Shown here piece by piece: positions 11,214-24,000 of a stretch of 64,000 nt of DNA. A model generated the notes under the pieces. It was given only the letters and a program-made list of their open reading frames with translations, was not told where the DNA came from and searched no databases. The first letter of the stretch is position 1. Every line of letters starts with the position of its first letter. The stretch is from the human T2T-CHM13v2.0 reference genome, Homo sapiens. The position numbers and the translations under genes are program-made. The DNA is taken from NCBI RefSeq assembly GCF_009914755.1, contig NC_060940.1; one strand, 5' to 3'.

Positions 11214-14200
11214 GAAACTGCTCTGTGATGTGTGCGTTCAACTCACAGAGTTTAACTTTTCTTTTCATTCAGCAGTTTGGAAACACTCTGTTTGTAAAGT
11301 CTGCAAGTGGATATCTTGGCCTCTTAGAGGCCTTCGTTGGAAACGGGTTTTTTCATGTAAGAATAGACAGAGGAATTCCCAGTAACTTCCTTGTGTTGTG
11401 TGCATTCAACTCACAGAGTTGAATGATTCTTTACACAGAGCAGATTTGAGACACTCTTTTGGTGGAATTTGTAAGTGGAGAATTCAGCCGCTTTGAGGTC
11501 AACGGTAGAAAAGGAAATATCTTCGTATAAAAACTAGACAGAATGATTCTCAGAAACTGTTTTGTGATGTGTGCGTTCAACTCACAGAGTTTAACCTTTC
11601 TTTTCAAAGAGCAGTTAGGAAACACTCTGTTTGTAAAGTCTGCAAGTGGATATTCAGACCTCTTTGAGGCCTTCGTTGGAAACGGGATTTCTTCATATTA
11701 TGCTAGACAGATGAATTCTCAGTAACTTCCTTGTGTTGTGTGTATTCAACTCACAGAGTTAAACGATCCTTTACACAGAGCAGATTTGAAACACTGTTTT
11801 TCTGGAATTTGCAAGTGGAGATTTCAGCCGCTTTGAGGTCAATGGTAGAAAAGGAAATATCTTCGTATAAAAACTAGACAGAATGATTCTCAGAAACTCC
11901 TTTGTGATGTGTGCGTTCAACTCACAGAGTTTAACCTTTCTTTTCACAGAGCAGTTAGGAAACACTCTGTTTGTGAAGCCTGCCAGTGGATATTCGGACC
12001 TCTTTGAGGCCTTCGTTGGAAACGGGATTTCTTCATATTATGCTAGACAGAAGATTTCTCAGTAACTTCTTTGTGTTGTGTGTATGCAACTCACAGAGTT
12101 CAACCTTCCTTTAGACAGAGCAGATTTGAAACACTCTTTTTGTGGAATTTGCAAGTGGAGATTTCAAGCGCTTCGATGCCAATGGTAGAAAAGGAAATAT
12201 CTTCGTATAAAAACAAGACAAACTCGTTCCCAGACACTGCGTAGTGATGTGTGTGTTTAACTCACAGAGTTTAACCTTTCTTTTCATACAGCATTCTGGA
12301 AACCCTCTGTTTGTAAAGTCTGCAAGTGGATATTTGGACCTCTTAGATGCCTTCGTTGGAAACGGGATTTCTTCATATAATGCTAGAGGGAAGAATTCTT
12401 AGTAACTTCTTTGTGTTGTGTGTATTCAACTGACAGAGTTGAACCTTCCTTTAGACAGAGCAGATTTGAAAGTCTCTTTTTGTGGAATTTGCAAGTGGAG
12501 ATTTCAAGCGCTTTGAGGCCAAAAGCAGAAAAGGAAATATTTTCCTATAAAAACTAGACAGAATCATTCTCAGAAACTGCTCTGGGATGTGTGCGTTCAA
12601 CTCACAGAGTTTAACTTTTCTTTTCATTCAGCAGTTTGGAAACACTCTGTTTGGAAAGTCTGCACGTGGATATTTTGACCTCTTTGAGGCCTTCGTTGGA
12701 AACGGGTTTTTTTCATGTAAGGCTAGACAGAAGAAATCTCAGTAACTTCCTTGTGTTGTGTGTATTCAACTGACAGAGTTGAACCTTCCTTTAGACAGAG
12801 CAGATTCGAAACACTCTTTTTCTGCAATTTGCAAGTGGAGACTTCAAGCGCTTTGAGGCCAAAGGCAGAAAAGGAAATATCTTCGTATAAAAACCCGACA
12901 GAATCATTCTCAGAAACTGCTCTGTGATGTGTGCGTTCAACTCACAGAGTTTAACTTTTCTTTTCATTCAGCAGTTTGGAAACACTCTGTTTGTAAAGTC
13001 TGCAAGTGGATATCTTGGCCTCTTAGAGGCCTTCGTTGGAAACGGGTTTTTTCATGTAAGGTTAGACAGAGGAATTCCCAGTAACTTCCTTGTGTTGTGT
13101 GCATTCAACTCACAGAGTTGAATGATTCTTTACACAGAGCAGATTTGAGACACTCTTTTGGTGGAATTTGTTAGTGGAGAATTCAGCCGCTTTGAGGTCA
13201 ACGGTAGAAAAGGAAATATCTTCGTATAAAAACTAGACAGAATGATTCTCAGAAACTGTTTTGTGATGTGTGCGTTCAACTCACAGAGTTTAACCTTTCT
13301 TTTCAAAGAGCAGTTAGGAAACACTCTGTTTGTAAAGTCTGCAAGTGGATATTCAGACCTCTTTGAGGCCTTCGTTGGAAACGGGATTTCTTCATATTAT
13401 GCTAGACAGATGAATTCTCAGTAACTTCCTTGTGTTGTGTGTATTCAACTCACAGAGTTGAACGATCCTTTACACAGAGCAGATTTGAAACACTGTTTTT
13501 CTGGAATTTGCAAGTGGAGATTTCAGCCGCTTTGAGGTCAATGGTAGAAAAAGAAATATCTTCGTATAAAAACTTGACAGAATGATTCTCAGAAACTCCC
13601 TTGTGATGTGTGCGTTCAACTCACAGAGTTTAACCTTTCTTTTCACAGAGCAGTTAGGAAACACTCTGTTTGTGAAGCCTGCCAGTGGATATTCGGACCT
13701 CTTTGAGGCCTTCGTTGGAAACGGGATTTCTTCATATTATGCTAGACAGAAGATTTCTCAGTAACTTCTTTGTGTTGTGTGTATGCAACTCACAGAGTTC
13801 AACCTTCCTTTAGACAGAGCAGATTTGAAACACTCTTTTTGTGGAATTTGCAAGTGGAGATTTCAAGCGCTTCGTTGCCAATGGTAGAAAAGGAAATATC
13901 TTCGTATAAAAACAAGACAAACTCGTTCCCAGACACTGCGTAGTGATGTGTGTGTTTAACTCACAGAGTTTAACCTTTCTTTTCATACAGCATTCTGGAA
14001 ACCCTCTGTTTGTAAAGTCTGCAAGTGGATATTTGGACCTCTTAGATGCCTTCGTTGGAAACGGGATTTCTTCATATAATGCTAGAGGGAAGAATTCTTA
14101 GTAACTTCTTTGTGTTTTGTGTATTCAACTGACAGAGTTGAACCTTCCTTTAGACAGAGCAGATTTGAAAGTCTCTTTTTGTGGAATTTGCAAGTGGAGA

Positions 14201-14610
14201 TTTCAAGCGCTTTGAGGCCAAAAGCAGAAAAGGAAATATTTTCCTATAAAAACTAGACAGAATCATTCTCAGAAACTGCTCTGTGATGTGTGTGTTCAAC
14301 TCACAGAGTTTAACTTTCTTTTCATTCAGCAGTTTGGAAACACTCTGTTTGGAAAGTCTGCACGTGGATATTTTGACCTCTTTGAGGCCTTCGTTGGAAA
14401 CGGGTTTTTTTCATGTAAGGCTAGACAGAAGAAATCTCAGTAACTTCCTTGTGTTGTGTGTATTCAACTGACAGAGTTGAACCTTCCTTTAGACAGAGCA
14501 GATTCGAAACACTCTTTTTCTGCAATTTGCAAGTGGAGACTTCAAGCGCTTTGAGGCCAAAGGCAGAAAAGGAAATATCTTCGTATAAAAACCCGACAGA
14601 ATCATTCTCA

Positions 14611-15629
14611 GAAACTGCTCTGTGATGTGTGCGTTCAACTCACAGAGTTTAACTTTTCTTTTCATTCAGCAGTTTGGAAACACTCTGTTTGTAAAGTCTG
14701 CAAGTGGATATCTTGGCCTCTTAGAGGCCTTCGTTGGAAACGGGTTTTTTCATGTAAGGTTAGACAGAGGAATTCCCAGTAACTTCCTTGTGTTGTGTGC
14801 ATTCAACTCACAGAGTTGAATGATTCTTTACACAGAGCAGATTTGAGACACTCTTTTGGTGGAATTTGTTAGTGGAGAATTCAGCCGCTTTGAGGTCAAC
14901 GGTAGAAAAGGAAATATCTTCGTATAAAAACTAGACAGAATGATTCTCAGAAACTGTTTTGTGATGTGTGCGTTCAACTCACAGAGTTTAACCTTTCTTT
15001 TCAAAGAGCAGTTAGGAAACACTCTGTTTGTAAAGTCTGCAAGTGGATATTCAGACCTCTTTGAGGCCTTCGTTGGAAACGGGATTTCTTCATATTATGC
15101 TAGACAGATGAATTCTCAGTAACTTCCTTGTGTTGTGTGTATTCAACTCACAGAGTTAAACGATCCTTTACACAGAGCAGATTTGAAACACTGTTTTTCT
15201 GGAATTTGCAAGTGGAGATTTCAGCCGCTTTGAGGTCAATGGTAGAAAAAGAAATATCTTCGTATAAAAACTAGACAGAATGATTCTCAGAAACTCCTTT
15301 GTGATGTGTGCGTTCAACTCACAGAGTTTAACCTTTCTTTTCACAGAGCAGTTAGGAAACACTCTGTTTGTGAAGCCTGCCAGTGGATATTCGGACCTCT
15401 TTGAGGCCTTCGTTGGAAACGGGATTTCTTCATATTATGCTAGACAGAAGATTTCTCAGTAACTTCTTTGTGTTGTGTGTATGCAACTCACAGAGTTCAA
15501 CCTTCCTTTAGACAGAGCAGATTTGAAACACTCTTTTTGTGGAATTTGCAAGTGGAGATTTCAAGCGCTTTGAGGCCAAAAGCAGAAAAGGAAATATTTT
15601 CCTATAAAAACTAGACAGAATCTTTCTCA
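14611..15629 (+). repeat. 6-mer HOR variant (1019 bp)
   Basis: Spacing 14622 to 15641; same hybrid junction. Confidence 0.95.
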
Positions 15630-17328
15630 GAAACTGCTCTGTGATGTGTGCGTTCAACTCACAGAGTTTAACTTTTCTTTTCATTCAGCAGTTTGGAAAC
15701 ACTCTGTTTGTAAAGTCTGCAAGTGGATATCTTGGCCTCTTAGAGGCCTTCGTTGGAAACGGGTTTTTTCATGTAAGGATAGACAGAGGAATTCCCAGTA
15801 ACTTCCTTGTGTTGTGTGCATTCAACTCACAGAGTTGAATGATTCTTTACACAGAGCAGATTTGAGACACTCTTTTGGTGGAATTTGTAAGTGGAGAATT
15901 CAGCCGCTTTGAGGTCAACGGTAGAAAAGGAAATATCTTCGTATAAAAACTAGACAGAATGATTCTCAGAAACTGTTTTGTGATGTGTGCGTTCAACTCA
16001 CAGAGTTTAACCTTTCTTTTCAAAGAGCAGTTAGGAAACACTCTGTTTGTAAAGTCTGCAAGTGGATATTCAGACCTCTTTGAGGCCTTCGTTGGAAACG
16101 GGATTTCTTCATATTATGCTAGACAGATGAATTCTCAGTAACTTCCTTGTGTTGTGTGTATTCAACTCACAGAGTTCAACGATCCTTTACACAGAGCAGA
16201 TTTGAAACACTGTTTTTCTGGAATTTGCAAGTGGAGATTTCAGCCGCTTTGAGGTCAATGGTAGAAAAGGAAATATCTTCGTATAAAAACTAGACAGAAT
16301 GATTCTCAGAAACTCCTTTGTGATGTGTGCGTTCAACTCACAGAGTTTAACCTTTCTTTTCACAGAGCAGTTAGGAAACACTCTGTTTGTGAAGCCTGCC
16401 AGTGGATATTCGGACCTCTTTGAGGCCTTCGTTGGAAACGGGATTTCTTCATATTATGCTAGACAGAAGATTTCTCAGTAACTTCTTTGTGTTGTGTGTA
16501 TGCAACTCACAGAGTTCAACCTTCCTTTAGACAGAGCAGATTTGAAACACTCTTTTTGTGGAATTTGCAAGTGGAGATTTCAAGCGCTTCGATGCCAATG
16601 GTAGAAAAGGAAATATCTTCGTATAAAAACAAGACAAACTCGTTCCCAGACACTGCGTAGTGATGTGTGTGTTTAACTCACAGAGTTTCACCTTTCTTTT
16701 CATACAGCATTCTGGAAACCCTCTGTTTGTAAAGTCTGCAAGTGGATATTTGGACCTCTTAGATGCCTTCGTTGGAAACGGGATTTCTTCATATAATGCT
16801 AGAGGGAAGAATTCTTAGTAACTTCTTTGTGTTGTGTGTATTCAACTGACAGAGTTGAACCTTCCTTTAGACAGAGCAGATTTGAAAGTCTCTTTTTGTG
16901 GAATTTGCAAGTGGAGATTTCAAGCGCTTTGAGGCCAAAAGCAGAAAAGGAAATATTTTCCTATAAAAACTAGACAGAATCTTTCTCAGAAACTGCTCTG
17001 TGATGTGTGCGTTCAACTCACAGAGTTTAACTTTTCTTTTCATTCAGCAGTTTGGAAACACTCTATTTGGAAAGTCTGCACGTGGATATTTTGACCTCTT
17101 TGAGGCTTACGTTGGAAACGGGTTTTTTTCATGTAAGGCTAGACAGAAGAAATCTCAGTAACTTCCTTGTGTTGTGTGTATTCAACTGACAGAGTTGAAC
17201 CTTCTTTTAGACAGAGCAGATTCGAAACACTCTTTTTCTGCAATTTGCAAGTGGAGACTTCAAGCGCTTTGAGGCCAAAGGCAGAAAAGGAAATATCTTC
17301 GTATAAAAACCCGACAGAATCATTCTCA

Positions 17329-19366
17329 GAAACTGCTCTGTGATGTGTGCGTTCAACTCACAGAGTTTAACTTTTCTTTTCATTCAGCAGTTTGGAAACA
17401 CTCTGTTTGTAAAGTCTGCAAGTGGATATCTTGGCCTCTTAGAGGCCTTCGTTGGAAACGGGTTTTTTCATGTAAGGTTAGACAGAGGAATTCCCAGTAA
17501 CTTCCTTGTGTTGTGTGCATTCAACTCACAGAGTTGAATGATTCTTTACACAGAGCAGATTTGAGACACTCTTTTGGTGGAATTTGTAAGTGGAGAATTC
17601 AGCTGCTTTGAGGTCAACGGTAGAAAAGGAAATATCTTCGTATAAAAACTAGACAGAATGATTCTCAGAAACTGTTTTGTGATGTGTGCGTTCAACTCAC
17701 AGAGTTTAACCTTTCTTTTCAAAGAGCAGTTAGGAAACACTCTGTTTGTAAAGTCTGCAAGTGGATATTCAGACCTCTTTGAGGCCTTCGTTGGAAACGG
17801 GATTTCTTCATATTATGCTAGACAGATGAATTCTCAGTAACTTCCTTGTGTTGTGTGTATTCAACTCACAGAGTTGAATGATCCTTTACACAGAGCAGAT
17901 TTGAAACACTGTTTTTCTGGAATTTGCAAGTGGAGATTTCAGCCGCTTTGAGGTCAATGGTAGAAAAGGAAATATCTTCGTATAAAAACCAGACAGAATG
18001 ATTCTCAGAAACTCCTTTGTGATGTGTGCGTTCAACTCACAGAGTTTAACCTTTCTTTTCACAGAGCAGTTAGGAAACACTCTGTTTGTGAAGCCTGCCA
18101 GTGGATATTCGGACCTCTTTGAGGCCTTCGTTGGAAACAGGATTTCTTCATATTATGCTAGACAGAAGATTTCTCAGTAACTTCTTTGTGTTGTGTGTAT
18201 ACAACTCACAGAGTTCAAACTTCCTTTAGACAGAGCAGATTTGAAACACTCTTTTTGTGGAATTTGCAAGTGGAGATTTCAAGCGCTTTGAGGCCAAAAG
18301 CAGAAAAGGAAATATTTTCCTATAAAAACTAGACAGAATCTTTCTCAGAAACTGCTCTGTGATGTGTGCGTTCAACTCACAGAGTTTAACTTTTCTTTTC
18401 ATTCAGCAGTTTGGAAACACTCTGTTTGTAAAGTCTGCAAGTGGATATCTTGGCCTCTTAGAGGCCTTCGTTGGAAAAGGGTTTTTTCATGTAAGGATAG
18501 ACAGAGGAATTCCCAGTAACTTCCTTGTGTTGTGTGCATTCAACTCACAGAGTTGAATGATTCTTTACACAGAGCAGATTTGAGACACTCTTTTGGTGGA
18601 ATTTGTAAGTGGAGAATTCAGCTGCTTTGAGGTCAACGGTAGAAAAGGAAATATCTTCGTATAAAAACTAGACAGAATGATTCTCAGAAACTGTTTTGTG
18701 ATGTGTGCGTTCAACTCACAGAGTTTAACCTTTCTTTTCAAAGAGCAGTTAGGAAACACTCTGTTTGTAAAGTCTGCAAGTGGATATTCAGACCTCTTTG
18801 AGGCCTTCGTTGGAAACGGGATTTCTTCATATTATGCTAGACAGATGAATTCTCAGTAACTTCCTTGTGTTGTGTGTATTCAACTCACAGAGTTGAACGA
18901 TCCTTTACACAGAGCAGATTTGAAACACTGTTTTTCTGGAATTTGCAAGTGGAGATTTCAGCTGCTTTGAGGTCAATGGTAGAAAAGGAAATATCTTCGT
19001 ATAAAAACTAGACAGAATGATTCTCAGAAACTCCTTTGTGATGTGTGCGTTCAACTCACAGAGTTTAACCTTTCTTTTCACAGAGCAGTTAGGAAACACT
19101 CTGTTTGTGAAGCCTGCCAGTGGATATTCGGACCTCTTTGAGGCCTTCGTTGGAAACGGGATTTCTTCATATTATGCTAGACAGAAGATTTCTCAGTAAC
19201 TTCTTTGTGTTGTGTGTATGCAACTCACAGAGTTCAACCTTCCTTTAGACAGAGCAGATTTGAAACACTCTTTTTGTGGAATTTGCAAGTGGAGATTTCA
19301 AGCGCTTTGAGGCCAAAAGCAGAAGAGGAAATATTTTCCTATAAAAACTAGACAGAATCTTTCTCA
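17329..19366 (+). repeat. Two tandem 6-mer HOR variants
   Basis: Spacing 17340, 18359, 19378 (1019 each). Confidence 0.95.
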
Positions 19367-21065
19367 GAAACTGCTCTGTGATGTGTGCGTTCAACTCACA
19401 GAGTTTAACTTTTCTTTTCATTCAGCAGTTTGGAAACACTCTGTTTGTAAAGTCTGCAAGTGGATATCTTGGCCTCTTAGAGGCCTTCGTCGGAAACGGG
19501 TTTTTTCATGTAAGGATAGACAGAGGAATTCCCAGTAACTTCCTTGTGTTGTGTGCATTCAACAAACAGAGTTGAATGATTCTTTTCACAGAGCAGATTT
19601 GAGACACTCTTTTGGTGGAATTTGTAAGTGGAGAATTCAGCCGCTTTGAGGTCAACGGTAGAAAAGGAAATATCTTCGTATAAAAACTAGACAGAATGAT
19701 TCTCAGAAACTGTTTTGTGATGTGTGCGTTCAACTCACAGAGTTTAACCTTTCTTTTCAAAGAGCAGTTAGGAAACACTCTGTTTGTAAAGTCTGCAAGT
19801 GGATATTCAGACCTCTTTGAGGCCTTCGTTGGAAACGGGATTTCTTCATATTATGCTAGACAGATGAATTCTCAGTAACTTCCTTGTGTTGTGTGTATTC
19901 AACTCACAGAGTTAAACGATCCTTTACACAGAGCAGATTTGAAACACTGTTTTTCTGGAATTTGCAACTGGAGATTTCAGCCGCTTTGAGGTCAATGGTA
20001 GAAAAGGAAATATCTTCGTATAAAAACTAGACAGAATGATTCTCAGAAACTCCTTTGTGATGTGTGCGTTCAACTCACAGAGTTTAACCTTTCTTTTCAC
20101 AGAGCAGTTAGGAAACACTCTGTTTGTGAAGCCTGCCAGTGGATATTCGGACCTCTTTGAGGCCTTCGTTGGAAACGGGATTTCTTCATATTATGCTAGA
20201 CAGAAGATTTCTCAGTAACTTCTTTGTGTTGTGTGTATGCAACTCACAGAGTTCAACCTTCCTTTAGACAGAGCAGATTTGAAACACTCTTTTTGTGGAA
20301 TTTGCAAGTGGAGATTTCAAGCGCTTCGATGCCAATGGTAGAAAAGGAAATATCTTCGTATAAAAACAAGACAAACTCGTTCCCAGACACTGCGTAGTGA
20401 TGTGTGTGTTTAACTCACAGAGTTTCACCTTTCTTTTCATACAGCATTCTGGAAACCCTCTGTTTGTAAAGTCTGCAAGTGGATATTTGGACCTCTTAGA
20501 TGCCTTCGTTGGAAACGGGATTTCTTCATATAATGCTAGAGGGAAGAATTCTTAGTAACTTCTTTGTGTTGTGTGTATTCAACTGACAGAGTTGAACCTT
20601 CCTTAAGACAGAGCAGATTTGAAAGTCTCTTTTTGTGGAATTTGCAAGTGGAGATTTCAAGCGCTTTGAGGCCAAAAGCAGAAAAGGAAATATTTTCCTA
20701 TAAAAACTAGACAGAATCTTTCTCAGAAACTGCTCTGTGATGTGTGCGTTCAACTCACAGAGTTTAACTTTTCTTTTCATTCAGCAGTTTGGAAACACTC
20801 TGTTTGGAAAGTCTGCACGTGGATATTTTGACCTCTTTGAGGCCTTCGTTGGAAACGGGTTTTTTTAATGTAACGCTAGACAGAAGAAATCTCAGTAACT
20901 TCCTTGTGTTGTGTGTATTCAACTGACAGAGTTGAACCTTCCTTTAGACAGAGCAGATTCGAAACACTCTTTTTCTGCAATTTGCAAGTGGAGACTTCAA
21001 GCGCTTTGAGGCCAAAGGCAGAAAAGGAAATATCTTCGTATAAAAACCCGACAGAATCATTCTCA

Positions 21066-24000
21066 GAAACTGCTCTGTGATGTGTGCGTTCAACTCACAG
21101 AGTTTAACTTTTCTTTTCATTCAGCAGTTTGGAAACACTCTGTTTGTAAAGTCTGCAAGTGGATATCTTGGCCTCTTAGAGGCCTTCGTTGGAAACGGGT
21201 TTTTTCATGTAAGGTTAGACAGAGGAATTCCCAGTAACTTCCTTGTGTTGTGTGCATTCAACTCACAGAGTTGAATGATTCTTTACACAGAGCAGATTTG
21301 AGACACTCTTTTGGTGGAATTTGTAAGTGGAGAATTCAGCCGCTTTGAGGTCAACGGTAGAAAAGGAAATATCTTCGTATAAAAACTAGACAGAATGATT
21401 CTCAGAAACTGTTTTGTGATGTGTGCGTTCAACTCACAGAGTTTAACCTTTCTTTTCAAAGAGCAGTTAGGAAACACTCTGTTTGTAAAGTCTGCAAGTG
21501 GATATTCAGACCTCTTTGAGGCCTTCGTTGGAAACGGGATTTCTTCATATTATGCTAGACAGATGAATTCTCAGTAACTTCCTTGTGTTGTGTGTATTCA
21601 ACTCACAGAGTTGAACGATCCTTTACACAGAGCAGATTTGAAACACTGTTTTTCTGGAATTTGCAAGTGGAGATTTCAGCCGCTTTGAGGTCAATGGTAG
21701 AAAAGGAAATATCTTCGTATAAAAACTAGACAGAATGATTCTCAGAAACTCCTTTGTGATGTGTGCGTTCAACTCACAGAGTTTAACCTTTCTTTTCACA
21801 GAGCAGTTAGGAAACACTCTGTTTGTGAAGCCTGCCAGTGGATATTCGGACCTCTTTGAGGCCTTCGTTGGAAACGGGATTTCTTCATATTATGCTAGAC
21901 AGAAGATTTCTCAGTAACTTCTTTGTGTTGTGTGTATGCAACTCACAGAGTTCAACCTTCCTTTAGACAGAGCAGATTTGAAACACTCTTTTTGTGGAAT
22001 TTGCAAGTGGAGATTTCAAGCGCTTCGATGCCAATGGTAGAAAAGGAAATATCTTCGTAGAAAAACAAGACAAACTCGTTCCCAGACACTGCGTAGTGAT
22101 GTGTGTGTTTAACTCACAGAGTTTCACCTTTCTTTTCATACAGCATTCTGGAAACCCTCTGTTTGTAAAGTCTGCAAGTGGATATTTGGACCTCTTAGAT
22201 GCCTTCGTTGGAAACGGGATTTCTTCATATAATGCTAGAGGGAAGAATTCTTAGTAACTTCTTTGTGTTGTGTGTATTCAACTGACAGAGTTGAACCTTC
22301 CTTTAGACAGAGCAGATTTGAAAGTCTCTTTTTGTGGAATTTGCAAGTGGAGATTTCAAGCGCTTTGAGGCCAAAAGCAGAAAAGGAAATATTTTCCTAT
22401 AAAAACTAGACAGAATCATTCTCAGAAACTGCTCTGTGATGTGTGTGTTCAACTCACAGAGTTTAACTTTCTTTTCATTCAGCAGTTTGGAAACACTCTG
22501 TTTGGAAAGTCTGCACGTGGATATTTTGACCTCTTTGTGGCCTTCGTTGGAAACAGTTTTTTTCATGTAAGGCTAGACAGAAGAAATCTCAGTAACTTCC
22601 TTGTGTTGTGTGTATTCAACTGACAGAGTTGAACCTTCCTTTAGACAGAGCAGATTCGAAACACTCTTTTTCTGCAATTTGCAAGTGGAGACTTCAAGCG
22701 CTTTGAGGCCAAAGGCAGAAAAGGAAATATCTTCGTATAAAAACCCGACAGAATCATTCTCAGAAACTGCTCTGTGATGTGTGCGTTCAACTCACAGAGT
22801 TTAACTTTTCTTTTCATTCAGCAGTTTGGAAACACTCTGTTTGTAAAGTCTGCAAGTGGATATCTTGGCCTCTTAGAGGCCTTCGTTGGAAAAGGGTTTT
22901 TTCATGTAAGGTTAGACAGAGGAATTCCCAGTAACTTCCTTGTGTTGTGTGCATTCAACTCACAGAGTTGAATGATTCTTTACACAGAGCAGATTTGAGA
23001 CACTCTTTTGGTGGAAATTGTTAGTGGAGAATTCAGCCGCTTTGAGGTCAACGGTAGAAAAGGAAATATCTTCGTATAAAAACTAGACAGAATGATTCTC
23101 AGAAACTGTTTTGTGATGTGTGCGTTCAACTCACAGAGTTTAACCTTTCTTTTCAAAGAGCAGTTAGGAAACACTCTGTTTGTAAAGTCTGCAAGTGGAT
23201 ATTCAGACCTCTTTGAGGCCTTCGTTGGAAACGGGATTTCTTCATATTATGCTAGACAGATGAATTCTCAGTAACTTCCTTGTGTTGTGTGTATTCAACT
23301 CACAGAGTTGAATGATCCTTTACACAGAGCAGATATGAAACACTGTTTTTCTGGAATTTGCAAGTGGAGATTTCAGCCGCTTTGAGGTCAATGGTAGAAA
23401 AAGAAATATCTTCGTATAAAAACTAGACAGAATGATTCTCAGAAACTCCTTTGTGATGTGTGCGTTCAACTCACAGAGTTTAACCTTTCTTTTCACAGAG
23501 CAGTTAGGAAACACTCTGTTTGTGAAGCCTGCCAGTGGATATTCGGACCTCTTTGAGGCCTTCGTTGGAAACGGGATTTCTTCATATTATGCTAGACAGA
23601 AGATTTCTCAGTAACTTCTTTGTGTTGTGTGTATGCAACTCACAGAGTTCAACCTTCCTTTAGACAGAGCAGATTTGAAACACTCTTTTTGTGGAATTTG
23701 CAAGTGGAGATTTCAAACGCTTCGATGCCAATGGTAGAAAAGGAAATATCTTCGTATAAAAACAAGACAAACTCGTTCCCAGACACTGCGTAGTGATGTG
23801 TGTGTTTAACTCACAGAGTTTCACCTTTCTTTTCATACAGCATTCTGGAAACCCTCTGTTTGTAAAGTCTGCAAGTGGATATTTGGACCTCTTAGATGCC
23901 TTCGTTGGAAACGGGATTTCTTCATATAATGCTAGAGGGAAGAATTCTTAGTAACTTCTTTGTGTTGTGTGTATTCAACTGACAGAGTTGAACCTTCCTT

